Shown: positions 39,487-48,588 of the stretch, in pieces
Layout of the letters: each line of letters begins with the position of its first letter
Numbering within the stretch: the stretch's first letter is position 1
Assembly: GCA_025336685.1 (NCBI GenBank)
Contig: GCA_025336685.1_4717.1
DNA from: Escherichia coli
Lineage (GTDB): Bacteria > Pseudomonadota > Gammaproteobacteria > Enterobacterales > Enterobacteriaceae
DNA length: 64,000 bases
Reading direction: 5' to 3' (one strand)
Translations under genes and position numbers: made by a program
Notes under the pieces: generated by a model
Database searches by the model: none
What the model was told of the DNA's origin: nothing
Seen by the model: the letters and a program-made list of their open reading frames with translations, nothing else

Positions 39487-39953
39487 CAGTCTCTCGCTAG
39501 TTTCCTTGTTTTGCGTAATCCATAAGCCGCATCCAAATCGTCACGTTCTGCCAGCGCGTCTAACCACGTCGCAAGTATGCGTCCATACTCGATAACGTCA
39601 CGCATGAGAACGTCGAACTGGATAACACGACCATCGGCATCAGCAAGCCAACGATTGAATGTGATTTGTGGTGCTAGTATTGCATATGTTCTCTCCTCTA
39701 ATGCTATTATGTTTATGTTGCCTTCGTTATCGAACGCTTGATGCCAACGGCGAAGGTCAAGCATCAACGACTCAGCGTCCATATACCACAACGGTAAATA
39801 CGTTTTACGTGCAACGCGTATATCGTAGATGTTGTGAACCCAGGACGTTGTTTTATAAAGCAACAAGAGTTCGTTTAACCGTTGCCTATCATCTTGAAAC
39901 GTCTTCCTTTTATAACGTTGGAATGCACGCCTCAAGAAAAAGCGATGTAACAT
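39438..39953 (-). CDS. hypothetical protein (171 aa)
   Basis: ORF track; CTATATTAC motif about 90 nt upstream. Confidence 0.45.
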   Translation of the reverse strand: MLHRFFLRRAFQRYKRKTFQDDRQRLNELLLLYKTTSWVHNIYDIRVARKTYLPLWYMDAESLMLDLRRWHQAFDNEGNINIIALEERTYAILAPQITFNRWLADADGRVIQFDVLMRDVIEYGRILATWLDALAERDDLDAAYGLRKTRKLARDCCELLTFALSQYTGVL

Positions 39954-40044
39954 GGCATCACCTATGTATCATTCTTGCAGGCATCAATGAAACCATCACA
40001 AGAAGGTAACGTTATACGTCGCCTCCATGACAGTCATCATGAAG

Positions 40045-40053
40045 GTAATATAG
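40045..40053 (-). promoter_or_regulatory. promoter-like motif GGNCTATATTACC (copy 3)
   Basis: Exact CTATATTAC on minus strand upstream of the 39953 start. Confidence 0.3.
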
Positions 40054-40086
40054 TCCTGTTATTTTTTTCAATACGGAGAATGTAAA

Positions 40087-40716
40087 ATGAGCGAATACGG
40101 TGTTGTCCCCGTAGATGATGAACCGCAAGAGGCACCCGATAAATTCGAGGTCCGTCTTGACGAAACCCGTAATATCCGTCAACGATTTATTCAACGTCTT
40201 GAAATGCTGTTAGATAGCGAATTCAAAGATTTTGAGCGTAACCCCGGTGTAGATAATAAAGCCATTGTTGACGTCGAAAACGTCGACCGAATAGGTAAGC
40301 TGTTGTTGAAATCGTTGGGTGATAACGATAAAGTCGACTTAACGTTGAAACGTATCAGCGCCGACCAGGCTATGAACGACAGCGCATTGAAAACAGCACA
40401 GGCCCTAACCGAAACCATGCTGCGCCGCTTAGGTCAGATAGATGAACATCCTCTCGCAGCAGGGGCTGTTTACGATGGCGAAGTCGTGAAGTCAGTTACG
40501 CCTGAAGAACGCGATCGTCGACTTGGTTTTGCATCGTTGGAAGAGTTTAATAGCAAGGAGTTTTCACCAGGCGTTCTCATCCAGGGACGTGTCGAAGAAA
40601 CCAGTGATGCTTTCTACGCTAGAATGGCTCAACTGACGGAGTCGGTTCGTGAGGAGGTGTCTCAGAAGATGGCTGCAGATCATCAGTCTTCGGAGGCGTC
40701 ACACGAGGAGGAATAA
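40087..40716 (+). CDS. acidic hypothetical protein (209 aa)
   Basis: Lone plus-strand ORF in a minus-strand block; very Asp/Glu-rich; 3' end overlaps the convergent 40619..41407 ORF by about 100 nt. Confidence 0.45.
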   Translation: MSEYGVVPVDDEPQEAPDKFEVRLDETRNIRQRFIQRLEMLLDSEFKDFERNPGVDNKAIVDVENVDRIGKLLLKSLGDNDKVDLTLKRISADQAMNDSALKTAQALTETMLRRLGQIDEHPLAAGAVYDGEVVKSVTPEERDRRLGFASLEEFNSKEFSPGVLIQGRVEETSDAFYARMAQLTESVREEVSQKMAADHQSSEASHEEE

Positions 40717-41407
40717 AATAACTGAACCATTTTATCCCAAAGAACCGCATGAACATCACGGGTGCGTTAGAAAGTTCGATTGCTTCGTAAAGTTTGTCAT
40801 AAGCCAGATCGGAATCAGGGATGGTTTCGCTGATTCGTCTGGCGACAACCAACACGTTACAAATCGGATTATCTTCTAACAACATCTGATTGGGGAGGTG
40901 CCAGCGTTTGAAATCGTAAAAGAACATCGCGTTATACGTCTTACGGATTTCTGATGGATGCAGTGTGGCCGGATGACGGTAAATAATCTCGACGCTATCT
41001 TGCGCACCGAGGTATTGCTGAATACCTTCTTTTAACGCGGTCGCTGCATCTCCCACAAATTCAAACGGGTACGTATTCACGTGAACCGAAAAATCCGGCG
41101 TAGCAATCCCCGTTAAGCGGTCTTTCATGTAATCCGCGACCACATAACACAGCCGCCACATCAACTCCGTCGGGATGCATTTATCGAGAATGGTTTCGTC
41201 GATATTTGCCATCGCGTCCTTAAACTCTTCGTAAGTATAAGTAACGCCCGCCTGCTTCTCCGGCTCCAGGTTATAGGGTCGGTAATGCCATTTCTTCCCC
41301 CACTTTCTGATAGCCTCCGGATCCAACGTTGTTGCTACCGCCATTTCGATATCAAGCAGTGCTTCGAGTTCTACGTACACCGTCACCAATGCTACACTTC
41401 CAGTCAT
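40619..41407 (-). CDS. hypothetical protein (262 aa)
   Basis: ORF track; Pro/Thr-rich C-terminal tail lies in the overlap with 40087..40716. Confidence 0.45.
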   Translation of the reverse strand: MTGSVALVTVYVELEALLDIEMAVATTLDPEAIRKWGKKWHYRPYNLEPEKQAGVTYTYEEFKDAMANIDETILDKCIPTELMWRLCYVVADYMKDRLTGIATPDFSVHVNTYPFEFVGDAATALKEGIQQYLGAQDSVEIIYRHPATLHPSEIRKTYNAMFFYDFKRWHLPNQMLLEDNPICNVLVVARRISETIPDSDLAYDKLYEAIELSNAPVMFMRFFGIKWFSYFIPPRVTPPKTDDLQPSSETPPHEPTPSVEPF

Positions 41408-41409
41408 TG

Positions 41410-42111
41410 TTACTCTCCAGCTTCACCGGTTAACATCTGCATATCGGGAGACGTTTTAATTTTCTTCTCGTACTCTTTTGTTTGTTTGAATACCAATTCA
41501 CCGATTTCTTCCAATTCTTCAACGGTGACGGTATGCAAATAAAGCAGCGGAATAATCCAGGTATTCGCACGAAGCATGTCCTGAATATCGTCAACGGTGG
41601 GTAACTCCGTAAAGAACTGTTCGTCTACCGCAAATAAATCCCGTGCGATACCATCCACCAGTTTATGATCGCTTTCATGGATCCATGCAAAACTTTCAGC
41701 AAGATGGTCAACAAGCATACTGATGTCATCGTCCGTTGAGAACACCGTACGACGAACGTGTGTTGTGAGGTCCATCGTAAAACCCATTAACGAAGGGGTT
41801 TCTTCAGAACGGAGTTCACGCCAAAGACGAAGCATGTTTTCGGGGATAAACAAATCATGGATGAACGTTACGCTGAATTTCGTAATCCAATCACGAATTG
41901 TCGCACCTCTGGAATACTGTTGCGGTGGAGAATACAAATACACCCAACGTTTCGTAAACGCGATAACTTCCTTTCGCATCGCCGCATCTAAAACAAGCAC
42001 GTAACGATCGGAAGCAAGCTCTTCTAACAAAAGCTCGAACGATGTATCGCTCTCTGGGGAGAACGATCGTTTTATTTCTGCGATACGTCGTGATAGCCGA
42101 CTACGTAACAT
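41410..42111 (-). CDS. hypothetical protein (233 aa)
   Basis: ORF track. Confidence 0.5.
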   Translation of the reverse strand: MLRSRLSRRIAEIKRSFSPESDTSFELLLEELASDRYVLVLDAAMRKEVIAFTKRWVYLYSPPQQYSRGATIRDWITKFSVTFIHDLFIPENMLRLWRELRSEETPSLMGFTMDLTTHVRRTVFSTDDDISMLVDHLAESFAWIHESDHKLVDGIARDLFAVDEQFFTELPTVDDIQDMLRANTWIIPLLYLHTVTVEELEEIGELVFKQTKEYEKKIKTSPDMQMLTGEAGE

Positions 42112-42113
42112 AA

Positions 42114-42788
42114 TTAGCCCTCATCAAGGTTATTCTGGAGATGCATTGCGGTGAGAATAACACCAACTGCCGAAACCGATTTTGCCTTGCTGTCTTCGGG
42201 TAGCTGTTCCAAGCTTACGGTACCTGTTTCTAACAGCATGCGGTTCATCGCGTTGAACTTCTTATCGTCGCCACCACGAGCCTGCATTAACTCTCGGTTC
42301 ACGTTCGGCATCGATCGTCCTAACGTCGCTTGCATTTCCGGCTGACTCCAAGTGGAACCTTTACTATCACCCGTCGGCTGATTGGTGAGCTGGTCCTTGG
42401 TGTTGTTGTTTTTCGGAATCGATATTTTAGCACTCAACGTTTCGGCTTGTCGGCGGTTTGGAATCAGGTACAATCTGGTTGGACGATCACGAAGCACCAA
42501 TTGTCCTGTTTTCTGATCGGTGAGATAAACGCGTTGGAAGAAAGGGAAACCGTATTTCTTGCCGACTTCCAGTGCGCGTTTTATCGTCACCTCGTTTTTG
42601 TTCATATTGGGTACCCAGATGGGTAGAATCTCTTTCTTATCCCGACATAAACGCATATACGCATCAAACGTCTCATCATCGATTTCAGCAAAACGTTTTT
42701 TGTAAATAGCGTAGGTCGGACTCGATCCCCCCACCAGGTCTTTGATATACCCAAGAATGAATTTTTCTGCTGCAGCGCGGTTGGACAT
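42114..42788 (-). CDS. hypothetical protein (224 aa)
   Basis: ORF track. Confidence 0.5.
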   Translation of the reverse strand: MSNRAAAEKFILGYIKDLVGGSSPTYAIYKKRFAEIDDETFDAYMRLCRDKKEILPIWVPNMNKNEVTIKRALEVGKKYGFPFFQRVYLTDQKTGQLVLRDRPTRLYLIPNRRQAETLSAKISIPKNNNTKDQLTNQPTGDSKGSTWSQPEMQATLGRSMPNVNRELMQARGGDDKKFNAMNRMLLETGTVSLEQLPEDSKAKSVSAVGVILTAMHLQNNLDEG

Positions 42789-42797
42789 AAACGTCTC

Positions 42798-43139
42798 CTA
42801 TTGTCGTGTCTGTTGCGGAAATACCCGAAACACCTGGACGATGATGTTCTTGTCCTCGCGATTGGCGATGTCGATCATGTGTTTTGTTCCAGGACTTTTG
42901 AAATCCCAGAACGCAACTAGATGCGTAATGACATCGCCCATCCACTCGTTGCGTCTGAATCCAGCACCTTTACGATAAGGGCCATCCCAATCGGCAGGAA
43001 ACGTAGTGTATTTAAACCCGTAATCCTTCGCATAGCGGCGCACATGCAAATCAGCACCTGAACGCGCACCGCCAGCAATGAGATGAACTTTGTCGTGAGG
43101 GAGGTTATGTAACATCTGGTTCATACGCTTTTCGAACAA
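42798..43139 (-). CDS. DUF2493 (SLOG-superfamily)-like protein
   Basis: 113 aa; HLIAGGARSGADL...FPADWDGPYRKGAGFRRNEWM...LVAFWD matches the remembered DUF2493 pattern GGAxGAD...FPADW...AGPxRN...AF. From memory. Confidence 0.45.
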   Translation of the reverse strand: MFEKRMNQMLHNLPHDKVHLIAGGARSGADLHVRRYAKDYGFKYTTFPADWDGPYRKGAGFRRNEWMGDVITHLVAFWDFKSPGTKHMIDIANREDKNIIVQVFRVFPQQTRQ

Positions 43140-43192
43140 GGGATAATCATCCCAGTAGCGTGATCCTGATACCCCTACACGATAGGGTTCGC

Positions 43193-43513
43193 TTATCTTC
43201 CACCGCGCAATGACTTTACGTTGCGTGCAATAAAGGGTGCAACGTAATCACGGAAATTATGGATCCATCCTTTAATGGGTTGATTGTCTAGTAAGCACTC
43301 TCGCACCGAGAACGTACTTACTTCTAGTACACCGAACTGCAATCGCCAATAACGATTGATTTCGGCTTGGGCGTGTTCTAAAGTCATGTACTCAGGAACA
43401 CGAGCCAGCAGATCGTGTTTAAATTGCTCGGCAATCGCTGGCTGATGCGATGCAATTGTCTGTGCGATAACATCAACCAGTTCGTGCGCGTGCTTGATAG
43501 CAGGTGCGGTCAT
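43193..43513 (-). CDS. hypothetical protein (106 aa)
   Basis: ORF track. Confidence 0.4.
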   Translation of the reverse strand: MTAPAIKHAHELVDVIAQTIASHQPAIAEQFKHDLLARVPEYMTLEHAQAEINRYWRLQFGVLEVSTFSVRECLLDNQPIKGWIHNFRDYVAPFIARNVKSLRGGR

Positions 43514-43525
43514 TTATTCAGCCTT

Positions 43526-45016
43526 TTATTTTTTGCTTGGACGATTTAATGCAGGTACCGGGTTCTTTGGTTGCTTTGTCTTTTCATCCATCCAGTACGG
43601 GAAGTACTCACCGGTACGCATACGCAATAAGTCCATTGTGGACAAGAACGGTAGCGGGTTAGGATCATCCAGATATGTCCAGTAACCGCGTGTGTTTAAC
43701 AACACATCCCAATCGAATCCTTTTGCTTTAAGATCGTCGTACAGTTCCTGCGGGGTGCAATACAATTGCGGATTTTCGTAAACCTCTTGACGCCAGAGAT
43801 TATGCATCTGACATAGCTCCGACGTAATTTCCAGAGCACGCTGTAAATACTCATCTTCTTCGCAGAGGGAACGAATGGTTGTGCGCTGTAACGCAACATC
43901 CGGATAAATATCCAAATACACCGTTGAAGCACCATCAGCTGACTTACCACCTGATGCATGCATACCCCAACCACGCATCCAATCTTTATCACGTAGGTAG
44001 TGGTATTCTGTTAATGATGGTTTAACCCCCTCGCTCTGACTAACCACAATCGGGAACGGTAAGCCGGTGGGTCCGTTTTTAGCACGCATGTTGAAGACTT
44101 GGATCATCTGTAGATCGGTATCACCGATAAGGTTATCACCAGGTCCACGCGGATAAAGAACGCGTTTATCGGTGTTCTGAAGAATCGTCAGTTTATCGAT
44201 TTTCCAGAGGTTATTCGTATAAAACGTGAAGCGTTCCGGGACGTTCTTAAACTTCTCATCGCCCTTAAACCCTTTCAGTTTTCGTACCGGCTGCTGTCCT
44301 GGCATACCACCAACGTTTACACCGTCACCGAGGTGGGCGGTCATGGTAATGTAGATACCAGCTGACGCTGTGAGTACCGGCATCTGTGATAGAATCTGGC
44401 TTTTCGCTGCTGCCGAACGCATCGCTTCAGCATTCAGTTTTGCACCACCTGCGGTTTCTTTATCAAACAGTGCGTCAACGGCATCGATTGGTAATCCAGA
44501 GAAACTGTCGATGAGTACGACGGTCGGTAACCACCAGGTATAGTTCTCACCATGTTTATTAATGAACGGAACAGCTTTGCGTTGGGATTTATCTTTGACC
44601 TTGTCGTCACGGAATTTCTTAATCGCATCAAACCAAATGTTACCACTCATCTGAACAGCATCGGTGATAAACACACGTTCTTCTTCGAAAAGATCGACAC
44701 CCGCGATATTAGACATGTTCATCGCAAGCGTTAAGATACGTGTTGTCGTTAACGACATTTCTGTATCGTAAACGCTACTATTGCTGTTCGCGTAACGATC
44801 AATAACACGTAACAAGCGAAACATTATGAACGTGGTTTTGTTCATGTTGCCGCGAGCGCCTGCGCCCTCAACAAGCATCATACCGCCGTTACAAATGCTT
44901 TCACCGTGTTTACCGACATAGTACCGACCACCAGATGTGGGAATATCCATTAAGCAACCAATGTTGAGATTAAAACGCATCTCTTCACCGGGAGAAAGGT
45001 ACTTATTAAGATTCAT
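43526..45016 (-). CDS. RecA-fold ATPase (RecA/UvsX- or DnaB-like) with non-canonical P-loop
   Basis: 496 aa; P-loop-like VEGAGARGNMNKTTF (NK instead of GK); Walker B-like VVLIDSFSGLPIDAVDAL; ETAGGAKLNAEAMRSAAAKSQIL resembles the RecA segment GDSHMGLAARMMSQAMRKL. Confidence 0.4.
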   Translation of the reverse strand: MNLNKYLSPGEEMRFNLNIGCLMDIPTSGGRYYVGKHGESICNGGMMLVEGAGARGNMNKTTFIMFRLLRVIDRYANSNSSVYDTEMSLTTTRILTLAMNMSNIAGVDLFEEERVFITDAVQMSGNIWFDAIKKFRDDKVKDKSQRKAVPFINKHGENYTWWLPTVVLIDSFSGLPIDAVDALFDKETAGGAKLNAEAMRSAAAKSQILSQMPVLTASAGIYITMTAHLGDGVNVGGMPGQQPVRKLKGFKGDEKFKNVPERFTFYTNNLWKIDKLTILQNTDKRVLYPRGPGDNLIGDTDLQMIQVFNMRAKNGPTGLPFPIVVSQSEGVKPSLTEYHYLRDKDWMRGWGMHASGGKSADGASTVYLDIYPDVALQRTTIRSLCEEDEYLQRALEITSELCQMHNLWRQEVYENPQLYCTPQELYDDLKAKGFDWDVLLNTRGYWTYLDDPNPLPFLSTMDLLRMRTGEYFPYWMDEKTKQPKNPVPALNRPSKK

Positions 45017-45114
45017 TGGGTAAAAACTCCTTCGATTCTTCGACTAATTCTTAGTGTTCAGAGAATAACTATTTTTAGTTAAGACTGACAACCACTATTT
45101 CCACGAGGACCATC

Positions 45115-45957
45115 ATGCATAAATTTACCATTCCTGAAGACCCGATTACACTGCAGACCCTTTGGGATTCTCATCGTGCTCTATCAATGGAAGGCTTTGC
45201 GCAAGACTTCGCTTCACTTACCGCAGTAACGAATCTTCGTAGTATGTTTACTAACGGTAAGAAGTTCGTTACCGATTGGCTTAAAAAACGTGATGTGACG
45301 GTTTATCCTAAAGTCTTCGATGACCTCGATACCATCTTTAGCAACAACGCATACAGCGATCTCATTGGGTATCGTGCTTTTATTCCGAATGGTTTAAATG
45401 CACCGATGTCAGATTATGTTGTTGCTCTAACCCAGAGCCTGGATAGCGTAATTGGCACCATCCTACCCGATTTAGATAAATTGACCGTAACGTGCGCTAA
45501 AGCCGTCAATGACGTCAACTTCCGTCGTAGTAGTGGTATGGCTCAAACGCTACCTAAAAACGACCCAGAGAACGTTTTAGAGACGTTACGTGCGATGTTC
45601 AAACGTGGGACGGTAACACAGACCACTGTAGGTCGTGCATATAAGAACGAAGACGATATCCGTCAGATCGGAAAAGATCTGGATGCTTCCCGCATCCGTG
45701 CGCTCGACGTTAATCCTAAAGACGTGAAGAAAGCAATCGAACGTTTCATGGAAGTGGCTGACCGCTTAACCGAAATCCTGGTTCAAGACTACAATGAGGG
45801 TGCGGTGAGCAACGCGATGATTCGCGATATTAGTGACGCTATCTACCAAACAGCCAAGCAGGCTGAACTGTATGCGTTTCTCGTGAACGCTTTGGCTGAG
45901 GCGATCATTGCATATAACGACACTTGGGACGCTGTTAAAAAGAACGCGAAAAAATAA
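45115..45957 (+). CDS. hypothetical protein (280 aa)
   Basis: Lone plus-strand ORF between minus-strand genes; hairpin terminator immediately downstream. Confidence 0.5.
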   Translation: MHKFTIPEDPITLQTLWDSHRALSMEGFAQDFASLTAVTNLRSMFTNGKKFVTDWLKKRDVTVYPKVFDDLDTIFSNNAYSDLIGYRAFIPNGLNAPMSDYVVALTQSLDSVIGTILPDLDKLTVTCAKAVNDVNFRRSSGMAQTLPKNDPENVLETLRAMFKRGTVTQTTVGRAYKNEDDIRQIGKDLDASRIRALDVNPKDVKKAIERFMEVADRLTEILVQDYNEGAVSNAMIRDISDAIYQTAKQAELYAFLVNALAEAIIAYNDTWDAVKKNAKK

Positions 45958-45964
45958 CATAATA

Positions 45965-46016
45965 ACCCACCCTACTACCCCGTTAAGGGCGGTAGGGTGG
46001 GATAAGGTTTATTTGC
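45965..46016. terminator. bidirectional terminator (CCCACCCTAC / GTAGGGTGGG then ATAAGGTTTATTT)
   Basis: Read directly, between convergent genes. Confidence 0.55.
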
Positions 46017-46440
46017 CGTATAGTTGTACCACTCGTTGTGTCGTAGGAACGCAGACTCTTACCAGAAGCTTTTTAATCTCCTGACGAATCGTTGTTTTAT
46101 CATCATAATAAAGCCATGGTGGAACGCGCTGCATTATGCACTGCACCGCTTCATCGTAGTTTGTCGTCCCATTAAGTAACGTCTCACTATCCAGATCTTT
46201 CCATGCAGTAATACCAAGCCGCGCAGCAAACATCAACGCCGAAACCGACTCAGCTATCTCCAATCGCTCATTCATATCCGCAAGACCTTTTAGCATGACG
46301 TAATTATCGTCATGTTGGTGCAAGGTACCAAACAAACTTCCGAAGAGAAGTATACGTTTAGCTTTTGCGGTTAAGAAGAACGATAGGAGAGCGTGTTTCA
46401 ACGGTTGTTTCTCACGTTCTACCTGTTCGACCATCACCAT
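46009..46440 (-). CDS. hypothetical protein (143 aa)
   Basis: ORF track. Confidence 0.45.
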   Translation of the reverse strand: MVMVEQVEREKQPLKHALLSFFLTAKAKRILLFGSLFGTLHQHDDNYVMLKGLADMNERLEIAESVSALMFAARLGITAWKDLDSETLLNGTTNYDEAVQCIMQRVPPWLYYDDKTTIRQEIKKLLVRVCVPTTQRVVQLYGK

Positions 46441-46537
46441 TGATTACTCCAACACATAACGTGGGTTACTGTATATGTTAGCCCATATACCAACGTCGTC
46501 TCCCGACTCAATAATCACAGCGAAACGAAACGCAACA

Positions 46538-47980
46538 TCAGACTCGCGATATGTTACCGCGTACGCTTTCGTTTCCGGCGATGCTAAATAGCTCAAGTTC
46601 AGACGTTGAGGCAGGTCTAACCCTACGACATGGTACAAGACGTAACACCCTGCTTATCGGGGTCAGTCTGTAATTCACGTCCACCTTCAAGCTTTTCGTA
46701 ACCTGCGTAATCGCACTATGCACTTTGGTAACCGTTTTACCTTTCTTATCCTTTTCTGTTTCGAAAAGAACGTCGGTAATTTCGGTTACGACCAGACGCG
46801 GTGTGGATTCGCGGTTAGCGTCAAGCCATTCATCCAGTAACGTCTTTAAGAAGTTCAAGGAATCAATCGCACGCCAAGCAAGGTTAGGCGGATTGCATGC
46901 TTCCATTAAAATGGCTGTGTTCGATCCACCTAGCGGAAGATGCACGCTCTTACCGAGGCCTGTCGGACGCATCGTAAGATCGCACTCACCCTCAAGAATA
47001 TCGCGATGATGTTGACGATGATGAAGGTTATCCGTGTATGCGATATACACTGACTCCGTTGTCCCATGCTCTAATACCCGAGATGCATGCGTACGCATAA
47101 TCTCAATAGCATCATCCGGCTTGCTTAAATAGATAACACTGTACGCGCTATCGCTAATCCTTTTCCCTAACTCAAGACGTCCCTTGTTGTCTTTATCGGT
47201 GTTACCACCGAAATAGATGTAGCGACCATCTTTCGCACGCTCTTGCTGCTGATTGGTGGTAAAGTAGCAGCGCGAGAACGTAAAGAACGGACTTATTTCC
47301 GGTTCGGGACTCCAATACCCCTTAGCCGGAAGTTCGCGACGTATTTGGGTTCTTACAGCCCAGTCCTGGTTTTGTGATAGATATGTTCCACGCGTTGCCA
47401 ACATATCCGCACGTTCGTTACCAACATTGCCCTCATGTCCAGGAACGTAACGCAGCGAAATATCGATAGCGTCGCGCTTCGCATCCCTTATCGCACTATC
47501 GAGTTTCCGCCACCGTTCCGCATTCATTAACGGTTTATTGTCGGATTTAACCCAGTTGTTCTCTCGCCAGTTAGCAAGATGGTTGGTGGCACCTACAACA
47601 ACATATTGGCTGTCCGACAACAGCTGGATCCGTTTTGCCCCCTTTGCTTTTCCAAGTTCAATCGCACGTATTGCAGCATCCAACTCAGCCTGATTGTTCG
47701 TTACGTTGAAACCCAAAGCCTCTAACTCATCCACGTATTCCTTGGGTTCGACCAGCACAGCGTCTTTAGGAAAGTTGAGTTTAGGGTCAACATAACCGTA
47801 TTGTGTTGGTTTGGGCTTTCCACTTTTTGAAGGTTCCAAGGTGCCTTTTATTTCTTTCACCATATCGTAGGTGTAGCCATGCACGCCATAGCCACCATAC
47901 CCACTCGATGTTGGACGGGATCCTCCATCACAGTAGAAAACGGCACCAAGCTCAGTATTTCCTGCCATTGTAAACCTCAT
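46538..47980 (-). CDS. RNase H domain protein with about 290 aa C-terminal extension
   Basis: N-terminal residues match the RNase HI catalytic layout: YCDGGS (Asp), NNQAELDAAIRA (Glu), LSDSQYVV (Asp), NWRENNW, PGHEGNVGNERAD (His/Asp). Confidence 0.8.
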   Translation of the reverse strand: MRFTMAGNTELGAVFYCDGGSRPTSSGYGGYGVHGYTYDMVKEIKGTLEPSKSGKPKPTQYGYVDPKLNFPKDAVLVEPKEYVDELEALGFNVTNNQAELDAAIRAIELGKAKGAKRIQLLSDSQYVVVGATNHLANWRENNWVKSDNKPLMNAERWRKLDSAIRDAKRDAIDISLRYVPGHEGNVGNERADMLATRGTYLSQNQDWAVRTQIRRELPAKGYWSPEPEISPFFTFSRCYFTTNQQQERAKDGRYIYFGGNTDKDNKGRLELGKRISDSAYSVIYLSKPDDAIEIMRTHASRVLEHGTTESVYIAYTDNLHHRQHHRDILEGECDLTMRPTGLGKSVHLPLGGSNTAILMEACNPPNLAWRAIDSLNFLKTLLDEWLDANRESTPRLVVTEITDVLFETEKDKKGKTVTKVHSAITQVTKSLKVDVNYRLTPISRVLRLVPCRRVRPASTSELELFSIAGNESVRGNISRV

Positions 47981-48018
47981 TAATCATTGTCCGTATGATA
48001 GCCCAAAGTTGTACGGTA

Positions 48019-48570
48019 TTACCGATTACCGTCAGTTGACGTTGGTTGATTGCGATCGATTTTCATTGACCGTAATTTTCCACCATTAGTTACACACTGA
48101 TTGCGCTGTTCGACGGAGGCCAGACTGTTACAGACATAATAAGTATCGATAAAACGCTCAACGCGTTCTTGAAACTTCCTCCTGGCAACTTGCTCTTTTT
48201 CAAAAGTTTGTAACGCGCGATCGACCTCACCTTGGAGAATCCGGTTCTGTTCAACCATACTGTCGATTAAACGGCCTCGCACTTCGTTCGATGTGTAGAG
48301 TTGATGAATCAGTTCTCGGTTGGTGTCTCGCGCATAGCGCAATGTTGTATTTTCCTGACGTAAACTATTCGCCTCAGCCATCAAGGTAAAGATTTTTTCG
48401 CCAGCAAATAACGTCACGATACCCAGCACGATGAAAAAACCCGTAATCAAGAATATCGAGGACTGTCGAGCTCCATCTCGACGATAGCGTGTGGGTGGTC
48501 GCTTACTTCGCCGAAACAACTCGCGAAGAAAAGGGAAAAGCCAGGGCAACGCCTTGAGTGTAGTAAACAT
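48019..48570 (-). CDS. membrane protein with N-terminal TM helix and coiled-coil region
   Basis: ORF track extends to 48861, overlapping plus ORF 48589..49965; internal Met at 48570 gives a protein with TM segment IFLITGFFIVLGIVTLFAG then heptad-like helical sequence. Confidence 0.4.
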   Translation of the reverse strand: MFTTLKALPWLFPFLRELFRRSKRPPTRYRRDGARQSSIFLITGFFIVLGIVTLFAGEKIFTLMAEANSLRQENTTLRYARDTNRELIHQLYTSNEVRGRLIDSMVEQNRILQGEVDRALQTFEKEQVARRKFQERVERFIDTYYVCNSLASVEQRNQCVTNGGKLRSMKIDRNQPTSTDGNR

Positions 48571-48588
48571 GCGTGTGTCCTTGATAGT

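Noticed and set aside
40012-40194. 60 aa minus-strand ORF.
   Set aside because: It overlaps the start of the plus-strand gene 40087..40716 and contains the CTATATTAC motif, so it is more likely regulatory DNA.
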